A DNA stretch of 64,000 nt from Octopus sinensis (lineage: Eukaryota): positions 6,634,001-6,698,000 of the forward strand of contig NC_043020.1 of the NCBI RefSeq assembly GCF_006345805.1. The letters run 5' to 3'. Shown here in pieces: positions 26,110-38,427 of this stretch. The notes beneath the pieces are model-generated. The model saw only the letters and a list, made by a program, of their open reading frames with translations. It was not told the DNA's origin and did not search any database. Every line of letters starts with the position of its first letter. Positions within the stretch are counted from its first letter, which is position 1. Both the position numbers and the translations under genes were made by a program.

Positions 26110-26365
26110 TATATATATCATTGTCATCATCATCATCAACGCCTGCTTTCCATGCTGGCATGGGTTGCACTTTTTGACTGAAGGCTGGCAAGCCAGGAGG
26201 TTGCACCAGGCTCCAATCCGATCTGGCACGGAAGCCAGTCAAAGCGGCGATGGCATTGGCCACATACGGATGGGGCTTTTTATGTGCCACCGGCACGGGG
26301 TGGCTAGGCGAGGCTGGCAACAGCCACGATCAGTTGGTGCTTTTTTACGTGCCTCCGACACAGAA
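26110..26365 (-). mobile_element. Family C RTE 3'UTR, internally deleted
   Basis: (cat)n-aacgcctgctttccatgctggcatgggtt and one ~60-bp unit. Confidence 0.8.
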
Positions 26366-26521
26366 ACCCCCCCCCCAAAAAAAAACAGCACCCATACTGT
26401 TTTTCATGCTCAGAATTACTGAAGCATGGCACAAACGAACTGCATCAGTTGTTAGCTATCTGGACACTACATCCTTCAAAACTTCCTAAGCTTCCTGAAA
26501 CCCACCAACAGTACACCTTTT

Positions 26522-26721
26522 CTTTTATTTGTTTCAGTCGTTTGACTGTGGCCATACTAGAGCACCACCTTTAGTCGAACAAATTGACCCTGGGACTTAT
26601 TCTTTTGTAAGTCTAGTACTTACTCTATTGGCTGAACTGCTAAGTTATGGGGGACGTAAACCACACCAACATCGGTTGTCAAGTGATGGTGAAGGGGACA
26701 AATACACACAAACACACACAC

Positions 26722-26773
<52 letters not shown>

Positions 26774-27240
26774 ACATTTGAGTGAGGGTGTTGCCAGTGC
26801 CGCTGGACTGGCTCCTGTGAAGGTGACATGTAAAAACACCTTTTGAGTGTGGTTGTTGCCAGTACTGCCTGACTGGCCCTCATGCCGGTGGCACGTAAAA
26901 GCACCCACTACACTCTCACAGTTGTTGGCATCAGGAAAGGCATCCAGTTGTAGAAACTCTGCCAGATCAGATTGGAGCCTGATGCAGCCATCTGGCTCAC
27001 TATTCCCCAGTCAAACCGTCCAACCCATGGCAGCATGGAAAGCGGACATTAAACGATGATGATGATTATATATATGATGGGTTTCTTTCAGTTTCTGTCT
27101 ACCAAATCCACTCACAAGGCTTTGGTCAGCCCAAGGCTATAGCAGAAGACACTTGCCTAAGGTGCCACACAGTGGGACTGAACCTGGAACCATCTGGTTG
27201 GTAAGCAAGCTACTTACCACACAGTCACTCCTGTGCCTAC
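26522..27240 (-). mobile_element. Family A SINE split at its internal microsatellite by a plus-strand family C insertion (~26770-27066)
   Basis: A tail 26522-26720, C element, then A head 27070-27240. Confidence 0.85.
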
Positions 27241-27949
27241 CTGATTGCTTCAAAAAATTTTATTTTTTAGTTGTAGCACACCTGAGCACTGTTATACAAC
27301 AATTTCATTATTATTAGGGATGAAGGGTCCTAGTTTTGGACAGGTAAACAATACAGGTGACCTTAAGGGCCAGTGGCCTAACTGAAACACTACTAAAACC
27401 ACTATACTACTATCACCGTGACCACACAGTACTAGTGCTTCTACTATCTCCACAATTAACACCACTGCTGCTACCACCACAACTACCACACATTAGTTGT
27501 AGGTCGTTTGACCTGCTAGAAACAGCAGTCACCCACTACTACATACTGTTGCTAATAATAGTACCACAGCCACCTCATATCACGACCATTACATACTACT
27601 GCTGCTACTACTACTACTACTACTACTATTTCCCTGCCACTACTATTTCTAGAGTCACCAACATTACTGTTAAAACAACTACCATCGCCGCCGCCACTGC
27701 CCGCTATGATCAACACCACTCTTCTACAATGACCTTCAGTAAATCCGTGGTGACCCCGTTTCAGGTGCTGGATAGCAGTGGGGAGGAAGGATTTACAGGA
27801 ATGTTTGCAAGGTGACTGAGTGGATTAGAGAGGAGGAGAGAATAGAGAGAGCGAGGGGAGGAGGAGAAAGTGTGTGTGTGTACTAATAGGGTATATATTA
27901 TTATCCTTATTATTAGTATGTGGGTGGTAGGGAGGATTATAATGGAAAG

Positions 27950-28790
27950 TTGTGTATATACACGCACACACACACACACACGGTAATACAAGCAAGCACA
28001 TATATGTAGTAACACAAACACAGACACACACTGATATACACATTTGAAGATAGTAACAAATACACCAATATTAAAAACTATACACACACAAACATGCATA
28101 CACGCAATAATTACAAACATGCGCACACACACAAATACACACATTCATACACAAATATAAAAATCTATACACACACAAACACATGTTAATAACACATGCA
28201 CACACACATTCATACACAAATATTAAACACTATATACACGCACATACACATGTTAATAACACATGCACACACACATTCATACACAAATATTTAAAACTAT
28301 ATACACACACAAATACACACATTCATACACAAATATTAAAAAATATATACACACACAAACATACACATGTTAATAACACATGCACACACACACACACACA
28401 CACACATTCATACACAAATATTAAAAACTATATACACGCACATACACATGTTAATAACACATGCATACACACACATTCATACACAAATATTTAAAACTAT
28501 ATACACACACAAATACACACATTCATACACAAATATTAAAAAATATATACACACACAAGCATACACATGTTAATAACACATGCACACACACACATTCATA
28601 CACAAATATTAAAAACTATATACACGCACATACACATGTTAATAACACATGCATACACACACATTCATACACAAATATTTAAAACTATATACACACACAA
28701 ATACACACATTCATACACAAATATTAAAAAATATATACACACACAAGCATACACATGTTAATAACACATGAACACACACATTCATACACA
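27950..28790. repeat. AC/AT-rich satellite with ~200-bp higher-order duplication
   Basis: 28361-28560 is repeated at 28561-28760 (parallel ORFs at 28367/28567 and 28461). Confidence 0.85.
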
Positions 28791-29059
28791 AATAATAGAC
28801 ATTAATAATTTATACACACATGTAAGCAGGCGAGAACACACAGACATATTTATAAATACAGAGGATATAATTATATACACACACACACACACATGTAATA
28901 TATGTAAGCAGGCAGACATGAACAGACAGACACACACATTAATAACCACACTCACACGCACTAATTATACACGTGCACATACCAACACAGGTATGTGACC
29001 AGGTGGGAGTGAGCACATATACAGGTGTAGATATGAATGCAGTACAAGACATTCATCAT

Positions 29060-29730
29060 CATCATCATTGTCGTCGTTTAACGTCTGCTTTCCATGCTGG
29101 CATGGGTTGGACGATTTTGACTGAGGGCTGGCGAACCAGATGTCTGTGCCTGGCTTCAATCTGACTGGCAAGGTTGCTACAGCTGGATGCCCTTCCTAAT
29201 GCTGACCACTCCGAGAGTGTAGTGGGTGTATTTTTATGTGCCACCGGCACGTGAGCCAGTCAGGTGTCACTGGCATTGACTCACACTCGAATGGTGCATA
29301 TTACGTGCCACCAGCGCAAATGCCAGCCAGGTGGCACTGGCATCAACCCACACTTGAATGGCACATATTACGTGCCACCAGCACGAATGCCAGTCAGGCG
29401 GCACTGGCATCGACCCACACTCGAATGGTGCATATTACGTGCCACCAACGCAAATGCCAGCCAGGTGTCACTGGCATCAACCCACACTTGAATGGTGCAT
29501 ACTACGTGCCACCAGCACGAATGCCAGTCAGGTGGCACTGGCATAGGCCACAACTACAATTTCCATTTTGGGCTTGATTTTTGATTTTACTTGACCCAGT
29601 AGGTCTTCCCAAGCGCAGTGTATCGCCCGATGACTCAAGGGGTACTTTTTAAATGAGCTGGTTATGTGACACAGGTATAGGCTACAGCTGTGATCTCGCT
29701 TCACTTGCCGGGTATTCTCAATTACAGCAC
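29060..29730 (-). mobile_element. RTE LINE 3' end (family C) with 5-6 internal ~59-bp units and last ORF2 codons
   Basis: (cat)n tail; minus strand encodes AVIENTRQVK, matching the ORF2 terminus YAVLEKT seen near 30730. Confidence 0.8.
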
Positions 29731-29741
29731 ACACACAGATT

Positions 29742-30285
29742 CTTTTATTTGTTTCAGTCATTTGACTGTGGCCATGCTGGAGCACCACCTTTAGTCGAGC
29801 AAATCGACTCCAGGACTTATTCTTTGTAAGCCTAGTACTTATTCTAGCGGTCTCTCTTGCTGAACCGCTAAGTTACGGGGACGTAAACACACCAACATCT
29901 GTTGTCAAGCAATGCCAGGGGGACAAACACAGACACACAAACACACACACGCATATATATATATACATATATACGACGGGCTTCCTTCAGTTTTCGTCTA
30001 CCAAATCCACTCACAAGACTTTGGTCTCTCTATCTGAACCGCTAAGTGATGGGGACGTAAACACACCAACATCGGTTGTCAACCCATGTGTGGGGACAAA
30101 CACAGACACACAAACATATACACATATTTACGATGGGCTTCTTTCAGTTTCCATCTACCAAATCTACTTACAAGGCTTTGGTCGGCCCGAGGCTATAGTA
30201 GATGACACTTGCCCAAGGTGCCATGCAGTGGGACTGAACCTGGAACCATATGGTTGGTAAGCAAGCTACTTATCACACAGCCACC
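29742..30285 (-). mobile_element. Family A SINE with internal partial duplication
   Basis: gaaccgctaag..ggggacgtaaacacaccaacatc occurs twice (~29860 and ~30035). Confidence 0.85.
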
Positions 30286-32555
30286 CATCATTTAGTGTCT
30301 GTAGTCCATGCTGGTATGAGTTGGGTGGTTTGACCATGGCTGGCACGCTCGAAGGCTGCACCAGACTTCAGTCTGATTTGGTATGGTTTCTACGGCTGGA
30401 TTCCCTTCCTAATGCCAACCACTCTGAGAGCATAATGGGTGTTTTTATATGACCCCAGCATGAGTGCTCTTTCCATGACACTGGTATCTGCCACGACTGT
30501 GAATTTACTTGGTTTGATGGATCGTCTTCTCAAGCATGACAATGTCAAAGGCTTCAGTCATTGCCTCTGTGAGGCCCACCATTCTAAAGGAGCTTTTCAC
30601 ATACCACCCGGCATCAGCCATTTTGCCTCTGTGAAGCCCAACGCTTGAAAGGGGCCTTTTATGTGCCACCAGCATGGGTGCTAGTTGTGTGACACCAGCA
30701 TCAGCTACAACTACGATTTCACTTAGCAGGTCTTCTCAAGCACAGCATACTGCCAAATGTCTCAGTCACTAGGCCTTGCCTCTGTGAGGCCCCAAAATTC
30801 GAAGATCATACAAAGGTCTCAGTCACTAGGCATTGCCTCTGTGAGACCCAAAATTCGAAGATTGTACAAAGGTCTCAGTCACTAGGCATTGCTTCTGGGA
30901 GACCCAAAATTCGAAGATCATACAAAGGTCTCAGTCACTAGGCATTGCCTCTGTGAGACCCAAAATTCGAAGATTGTACAAAGGTCTCAGTCACTAGGCA
31001 TTGCTTCTGGGAGACCCAAAATTCGAAGATCATACAAAGGTCTCAGTCACTAGGCATTGCCTCTGTGAGACCCAAAATTCGAAGATTGTACAAAGGTCTC
31101 AGTCACTAGGCATTGCTTCTGGGAGACCCAAAATTCGAAGATCATACAAAGGTCTCAGTCACTAGGCATTGCCTCTGTGAGACCCAAAATTCGAAGATTG
31201 TACAAAGGTCTCAGTCACTAGGCATTGCTTCTGGGAGACCCAAAATTCGAAGATCATACAAAGGTCTCAGTCACTAGGCATTGCCTCTGTGAGACCCAAA
31301 ATTCGAAGATTGTACAAAGGTCTCGGTCAGTAGGCATTGCTTCTGGGAGACCCAAAATTCGAAGATTGTACAAAGGTCTCAGTCACTAGGCATTGCCTCT
31401 GTGAGACCCAAAATTCGAAGATTGTACAAAGGTCTCGGTCAGTAGGCATTGCCTCTGTGAGACCCAAAATTCGAAGATTGTACAAAGGTCTCAGTCACTA
31501 GGCATTGCTTCTGGGAGACCCAAAATTCGAAGATTGTACAAAGGTCTCAGTCACTAGGCATTGCCTCTGTGAGACCCAAAATTCGAAGATTGTACAAAGG
31601 TCTCAGTCACTAGGCATTGCTTCTGGGAGACCCAAAATTCGAAGATCATACAAAGGTCTCAGTCACTAGGCATTGCCTCTGTGAGACCCAAAATTCGAAG
31701 ATTGTACAAAGGTCTCAGTCACTAGGCATTGCTTCTGGGAGACCCAAAATTCGAAGATTGTACAAAGGTCTCAGTCACTAGGCATTGCCTCTGTGAGACC
31801 CAAAATTCGAAGATTGTACAAAGGTCTCGGTCAGTAGGCATTGCTTCTGGGAGACCCAAAATTCGAAGATTGTACAAAGGTCTCAGTCACTAGGCATTGC
31901 CTCTGTGAGACCCAAAATTCGAAGATTGTACAAAGGTCTCGGTCAGTAGGCATTGCCTCTGTGAGACCCAAAATTCGAAGATTGTACAAAGGTCTCAGTC
32001 ACTAGGCATTGCTTCTGGGAGACCCAAAATTCGAAGATCATACAAAGGTCTCAGTCACTAGGCATTGCCTCTGTGAGACCCAAAATTCGAAGATTGTACA
32101 AAGGTCTCGGTCAGTAGGCATTGCTTCTGGGAGACCCAAAATTCGAAGATTGTACAAAGGTCTCAGTCACTAGGCATTGCCTCTGTGAGACCCAAAATTC
32201 GAAGATTGTACAAAGGTCTCGGTCAGTAGGCAATACCTCTGTGAGACCCAAAATCGAAGATTGTACAAGGTCTCAGTCACTAGGCATTGCTTCTGGGAGA
32301 CCCAAAATTCGAAGATCATACAAAGGTCTCAGTCACTAGGCATTGCCTCTGTGAGACCCAAAATTCGAAGATCATACTTCACTACCCTGTCCCATGTCTC
32401 CCTTTGTCTACCTCTACTACAGGTTCCCTCCACAGAGACTAGCACTTCTTTACACAGCTGTCCTCGTCCATATGCATCACATAACCATACCAGTGCGGTT
32501 GTCTCTCTTGCACACCATATCTGATGCCTCTTATGCCTAACTTTTTTCTCAAGAT
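30285..32555 (-). mobile_element. 5'-truncated RTE LINE (ORF2 C-terminus plus 3'UTR) containing the 56-bp array
   Basis: Minus strand LRKKLGIRGIRYGVQERQPHWYGYVMHMDEDSCVKKC*..VEGTCSRGRQRETWDRVVKYDLRILGLTEAMPSD...WQYAVLEKTC*, then family C UTR to the atc tail. Confidence 0.9.
30790..32375. repeat. 56-bp tandem satellite, ~28 copies, partly a 112-bp dimer
   Basis: Unit gagacccaaaattcgaagattgtacaaaggtctcagtcactaggcattgcctctgt; alternating gatcata/gattgta and gcctctgt/gcttctgg variants. Confidence 0.97.
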
Positions 32556-32656
32556 TTAAACCAGCAGCAGCACTTAAAGGGCTAAACCCCAAATATAGAG
32601 GGTAGATGAACACCTTAACAGTAATTTAAAAACAACAACAAAAACAATAAGAACAA

Positions 32657-33075
32657 GCATGGCTGTGAAGGTAAGAAGCTAGTTTCACAACTATGTGGTC
32701 TTGTGTTCAATTCCATTGTGCAGTGCCTTGGGCAAGTTTTTTTTCTCTTTATTATAGCTGTGAGCCAACCAAAGTCTTGTGAATGGATTTGGTAGAATGG
32801 AAACTGAATGAAGCCTGTCATGTTATGTTGTGTGGCTGCTTTGTGTGTGTTTCTCATCATCACTTTTTGTCAACTGGTGCTGGTTTGTTCAAGATTCCAT
32901 AACTTAGCTTTTCGATAAAAGAGACCAATAAAATAAGTACCAGATTTCATTCACCCTCCCGCCCTAAAAAAACAACAAAAAAAAACAGGGATAGAATTTG
33001 TTCAACTAAAACCCTTCAAGGTGGTGCCCCAGCATAGCCGTTGTCCAATGACTGAAACAAGTAAAAAATAAAAGA
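32657..33075 (+). mobile_element. Family A SINE, older
   Basis: Diverged head and tail motifs. Confidence 0.75.
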
Positions 33076-33234
33076 TTAAAGATGTTAGGATGTGGTCTGA
33101 TATTTAACTGCCGTTTCTAGCATGCTCAATCATGATGAAAGGTGCCCTTCCCTGATGGCTTACTCTGTTAGAGAGTATGATGGCGGTGGTGGTGGAGAGA
33201 GAGAGGGGGGGGGGAGGGAGAAGTTATCCCTTAG

Positions 33235-33646
33235 GGATCTTTTCGGTTTTGAACGACAGTTCTTTCTAGCGGTGTCATATGAATTGTCACCCATAATTAT
33301 GACCCTAGTATCGATCTATTGCATTCCAATCTATTTTAGGGTTAGGGGTGGGGGGAAGGGTATCTTTTCTTTCTTCACAAATGTAAATAAACCCAATCTG
33401 TTTCTTAAATGAAGGACTTATTCATACGGCACAGAATGGTTTTTACCTCAATAGACGTCAGTGATTGGTTGAAATTGCAGAAATTGAAGAAAAAAAACAA
33501 CAAATATCTTACAAACTATAGAATTTTCTCAATAAAGCCAAGAGAAAAATATGTTTTATAAACACATTCTACCAGTATACGAAGTTAAAAATTTTTTAGT
33601 TGCCTAGAAATTATGTTAAAAACTGCCGTTCAAACCGAAAAGATCC
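33235..33646. mobile_element. MITE with ~27-bp TIRs (GGATCTTTTCGGTTTGAACGGCAGTTT)
   Basis: TIRs at both ends; full inverted copy at 38019-38427 and truncated copy at 34550-34918. Confidence 0.9.
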
Positions 33647-33662
33647 GTACTTAGACCTGTAG

Positions 33663-34277
33663 CAGTGGTATAGATAGAGAGGGGAGGGTTGTGTCCTTTT
33701 CAAACTTTTTGCTGGAGCGGAACCCCAAGGAAACATTCCACTGGCTCGAGGAACCCCTGTGCAATAATTTATAGTCTTATGCACACATATGTGGCTGTGT
33801 GGTAAGTAGCTTGCTAACCAACCACATGGTTCCGGGTTCAGTCCCACTGCGTGGCATCTTGGGCAAGTGTCTTCTGCTATAGCCCCGGGCCGACCAATGC
33901 CTTGTGAGTGGATTTGGTAGACGGAAACTGAAAGAAGCCTGTCGTATATATGTATATATATATGTGTGTGTGTATATGTTTGTGTGTCTGTGTTTGTCCC
34001 CCTAGCATTGCTTGACAACCGATGCTGGTGTGTTTACGTCCCCGTCACTTAGCGGTTCGGCAAAAGGGACCGATAGAATAAGTACTGGGCTTACAAAGAA
34101 TAAGTCCCAACTAAAGGTGGTGCTCCAGCATGGCCGCAGTCAAATGACTGAAACAAGTAACAGAGTAAAGAGTATATCTGCACAGGAGAATTAAAAATTA
34201 CAGCCGATTTTAGCAGTTTTGTAACTTCTTGCGGAACCCCTGGACTGTACTGGCGGAACCCTGGTTGAAAACCACTG
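33663..34277. mobile_element. hAT-like MITE (cagtggt...ggttgaaaaccactg) interrupted by a young family A SINE (33787-34176, plus)
   Basis: Terminal cagtggt/accactg, internal ggaacccc repeats; 8-bp flanks acctgtag/ccctagag match 5 of 8. Confidence 0.6.
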
Positions 34278-34549
34278 CCCTAGAGAGATGATACGTGTTG
34301 CTACTGTTGTTTAACCCCAGGTCAGCCTATGTCCTGTCTCTGCACATTCCACCTGTTTAAATCAATTAAGTTAATACCTTCGAAAAAAATCATTTCGAGG
34401 TGGGTGGGTGGGGGAACGATGACTGGGTTGGTGGAATCGGGTGAAGGTGAAATATTTAATCCAGGGATTTAAGAAGGTCTCTTTCGCCATCCAACCTCCT
34501 TATCGCACACACAACACTTGTTGGACATCAAATATTTATTTCTTTATTG

Positions 34550-34918
34550 GGATCTTTTCGGTTTGACCGGCAGTTTTTTAAAATAATTTCCACGTAACTA
34601 AACACTTTTAAACTTCGTATACTGGTAGAATGTGTTTGTAAAATATCTTTTTCTCTTGGCTTTATTGAGAAAATTCTATAGTTTGTAAGATATTTGTTGT
34701 TTTTTATCTTCAATTTCAACCAATCAATGACATCCATTGAGGTGAAAACATTCTGTGCCGTATGAATATGTCCCTCGTTTTTACATTTCTGCAATTTCAA
34801 CCAATCAATGACGTCTATTGAGGTGAAAACATTCTGTGCCGTATGAATATGTCCCTCGTTTAAGAAACAGATTGGGTTTATTTACATTTCTGAAGAAAAA
34901 AAGATACCCTAACCCTAA
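34550..34918. mobile_element. Truncated GGATC-MITE with ~90-bp internal duplication, inserted in a minus-strand family B SINE (tail 34535-34549, body 34920-35040)
   Basis: caatttcaaccaatcaatgac..ctattgaggtgaaaacattctgtgccgtatgaatatgtccctcgttt occurs twice; B sequence on both sides. Confidence 0.8.
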
Positions 34919-35844
34919 CCCAGAGAGGACAAACAAGGACAGGCAAAGGGATTAAGTCGATTACATCGACCCCAGTGAGTAACTGGTACTTATGTAAGCG
35001 ACCCCCGAAAGGATGAAAGGCAAAGTTGACCACGGCAGGATTTCTCATCTCATGTTAGACCTGTACTAACACTATAAGAAAAAGATAATCACAACCATCA
35101 ACACTATCACCACCGCCACCACCATCAGTACAATCACCACCGCCACCGACACCTTTACAATCACCACCGCCACCACCATCATCATTACAATCACCACCAC
35201 CACCGTCACCATTACCACCACCGCCAACCGTAACCATTCCAGCAACCACCACCACCACCATCACAGCAGAGAGTAAAACATCTAAGGTCACATTCGCCTT
35301 CGTAAGACCTTAAACCGTGTCCCCCTCCGCCCAGCAACCAGTTTGTCATATATGCAAATATATATAATACAGCACAAATACATATATACATAAATATACA
35401 CATTGTGTATATAATACATAATACGTATAGCTTTAGCGCTTAACCTCTCTCTACACGCTGTACGCTTTATACTTACCGTACGCAAACATATATATATACA
35501 GGTTTTAATTTATCTGTTGTCCTTAGACTTGGCTCCAGGTTTTTGTTTTATTCTGGGACTAATTTTATTGATCTTTCTTTTGACAAAAAGAGACGCAATT
35601 TGACGCATCGTTATACACCGCGATGTGTATATATACGTGTATACACGCACGAGTGCGTGTTTATATAACTGCGTGTATGCGTGTTCATATAGATGCGTTT
35701 AGAAATTAGAGGTTTATATATGAGTATTACTCTTTACTCTTTTACTTGTTTCAGTCATTTGACTGCGGCCATGCTGGAGCACCGCCTTTAGTCGAGCAAC
35801 TCGACCCCGGCACTTATTCTTTTGTAAGCCCAGTACTTATTCTA

Positions 35845-36070
35845 TCAGTCTGGAAAGTTTTACTGATTTTCACAGTACCAGTGATGGATTGGATCTGTAG
35901 TCTTCGAATTAGCTTTCTCCTTTCTGGTTTTGAGAAGCCTAATTTCTCAAGATTGGTATTTAGGCAGTGTATTACATAACACAGGGCCCCAATAATTACA
36001 CGTGTAAACCTGAACTTGTAATCTGGGTAGAGTAACCGCAAATTTCTTAATAGTTCAGCGTATATATGTG
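35845..36070 (-). mobile_element. C-terminal fragment of an RLE-type (R4/Dong-like) non-LTR retrotransposon ORF
   Basis: YAELLRNLRLLYPDYKFRFTRVIIGALCYV...LEKLGF...LQIQSITGTVKISKTF resembles the KY..L..EL...V.PVVIGALG..L..LG...LQK..L.GT C-terminus of R4/Dong/NeSL-type elements. Confidence 0.7.
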
Positions 36071-36094
36071 TGAACAGACACATAATTATTGCAT

Positions 36095-36465
36095 ACTAGC
36101 ACTATGACCTGGCAACGCCGGGTCATAGTGCTAGTGCATGCATATACAACTGCGTGCGTGCGCACATACACGCGAGTACTGTCCAAATTTCCGACCAATC
36201 ACATACAGATAGCTGGCATTCAATTGGCGTATCAAGTTTCGGGCATTTTGATTGGGTTTGGGATAGAAAATTCACAAAAAAGTCACTTCTATTGATTTTT
36301 TAATGGCTTTGCAAGGTAACTAGGGAAATGAAAAGATGTGCACGACCACTCTTGGACGGTTTTGAATGACCATAGAAAGTGCGAGGCCTCTAACTGAAAA
36401 ATTGTGGATTTGTATAAAGGACACACACACAGACATTTTGCCGTTTGTATATATAGAGAAGAGAT
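36095..36465 (+). mobile_element. Non-autonomous Helitron/Helentron-like element with 5' hairpin
   Basis: Starts actagcactatgacc-tggcaacgccg-ggtcatagtgctagt and ends acacagacattttgccgtttgtatatatagag; same architecture as 49399-49810. Confidence 0.55.
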
Positions 36466-36530
36466 TAATGTATATAAATATATATTTCATTAACACAGAT
36501 CTATATTAATGAGTGTACACACAAAATACA

Positions 36531-36565
<35 letters not shown>

Positions 36566-36805
36566 CAAAAGTATATTTTCTTGTGCCTGCGAAACTTTAA
36601 AAATTACCTCGTTCACTAAAGATAAGTAAAAGTGGATTTAAGCTAAGTTGATCAATATCATGTTTGACAAACAGAACTAGTTCATTGATCAATTGAATGA
36701 GTAATTAAACAATCAATTTGTTAATTAGTTAAATAGTCGACCAATTGATAATTTAAGCTAAATTAAGCATTTTCATTAATTTTTCCCCTTCCATGTAAGA
36801 AAAAG

Positions 36806-37020
36806 CGGGGCGAGCTGGCAGAATCGCTACCGCGCCGGAAAGAAAAGCTTAGCGGTATTTCGTTCGTCTCTACGTTCCGAGTTCAAATTCCGCCAGGTTT
36901 GACTTTGCCTTTCATCCTTTCGGAGGTCGATAAAAATTAGCACCAGTTGAACACTGGGGTCGATGTAATCGCCTTATCCTCTACCCCGAAATTGCTGGCC
37001 TTGTGGCAAAATTTGAAGTC
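36806..37020 (+). mobile_element. Family B SINE, diverged tail
   Basis: gcgagctggcagaatcg...gcctttcatcctttcggaggtcgataaaa. Confidence 0.85.
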
Positions 37021-37226
37021 AATATTTAATTTAAAAACACTCAATTTTCCATTAACCATTTCGCTTCAAAAACTGGGCGAGCGCGTGCACACCGCCCATT
37101 AGACAAAATTGAAACATCCGGCGTTTTTAGCTTTTAGAAAGCGGGGAGGTGACGGTTGGGCGGCGTGGAAGAAAAGGTCCTGAGTGTTTCTTTAAGAAAA
37201 ATTAAGATTAGAAAAAAAATCCTAGA

Positions 37227-37612
37227 CGTAGGAGTGGCTGTGTGGTAAGTAGCTTGCTTACGAACCACATGGTTCCGGGTTCAGTCCCACTGCGTTGCAC
37301 CTTGGGCAAGTGTCTTCTACTATAGCCTCAGGCCGACCAATGCCTTGTGAGTAGATTTGGTAGACGGAAACTGAAAGAAGCCTGTCGTATATATGTATAT
37401 ATATGCGTGTGTGTGTTTGTCCCCCTAGCATTGCTTGACAACCGATGCTGGTGTGTTTACATCCCTGTAACTTAGCGGTTCGGCAAAAGAGACCGATAGA
37501 ATAAGTACTAGGCTTACAAAGAATAAGTCCTGGGGTCGATTTGCTCGACTAAAGGCAAGGCGGTGCTCCAGCATGGCCGCAGTCAAAATGACTGAAAAGA
37601 GTAAAAGAGAGA
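37227..37612 (+). mobile_element. Family A SINE, young
   Basis: Near-identical to 24032-24430. Confidence 0.9.
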
Positions 37613-38018
37613 GCAAAGAGATTCGCAATTTGTATTTTTATTCGTAGATTAGAAAAAAAAAGAAAAGAATGCGAAAAAGTTTTAAAATGAAGAAATTGTG
37701 GGGTGGGTGGGTAAAATTTTGAAAATGATTTTTGGGCAAAATCGTATTTTCTTATATCAAAAACAGAAACCTGAAAAAAGATTTTTTGGTGGAGGGAGGA
37801 CCAGGAAATGGGCGGTGCGCATGCGTTTTACCTTCGCCCTAAGACTTGGCATTGTGCCTAAATCAGAAACCCGTAATTAAAAGTGCTCACCACCCACCAA
37901 AAAACTGTAGGCTTTTTTTTCTTTTAGGGTGGAGGGTGGTTGGTGGTGGTGTTGCTATTTGTCAATCTGAGACACACGGCATAACGAGATAATGGTAATT
38001 CTTGGCTGTACCGTCTGT

Positions 38019-38427
38019 GGATCTTTTCGGTTTGAACGGCAGTTTTTAATATAATTTCTAGGTAACTAAAAAATTTTAAACTTCGTATACTGGTAGAATG
38101 TGTTTATAAAACATCTTTTTTCTCTTGGCTTTATTGAGAAAATTCTATAGTTTGTAAGATATTTGTTGTTGTTTTTTCTTCAATTTCTGCAATTTCAACC
38201 AATCACTGACGTCTATTGAGGTAAAAACCATTCTGTGCTGTATGAATATGTCCCTCGTTTAAGAAACAGATTGGGTTTATTTACATTTGAGAAGAAAAAA
38301 AAGATACCCTTCCCCCCTAACCCTAGAACAGATTGAAATGCAATAGATCGATACTAGGGTCATAATTATGGGTGACAATTTCATATGACACCGCTAGAAA
38401 AAACTGCCGTTCAAACCGAAAAGATCC
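38019..38427. mobile_element. GGATC-MITE, full copy, inverted relative to 33235-33646
   Basis: Clean TIRs; 8-bp flanks ccgtctgt/ccgtcttc match 6 of 8. Confidence 0.9.

Noticed and set aside
30790-32375. CRISPR-like or Golden Gate (paired BsaI sites) appearance of the 56-bp array
   Set aside because: No unique spacers, no cas genes, eukaryotic context; the unit derives from RTE coding sequence
34470-34530. Minus-strand mini-ORF MSNKCCVCDKEVGWRKRPS*
   Set aside because: 19 codons, no convincing acceptor, directly behind a SINE tail; chance cannot be excluded
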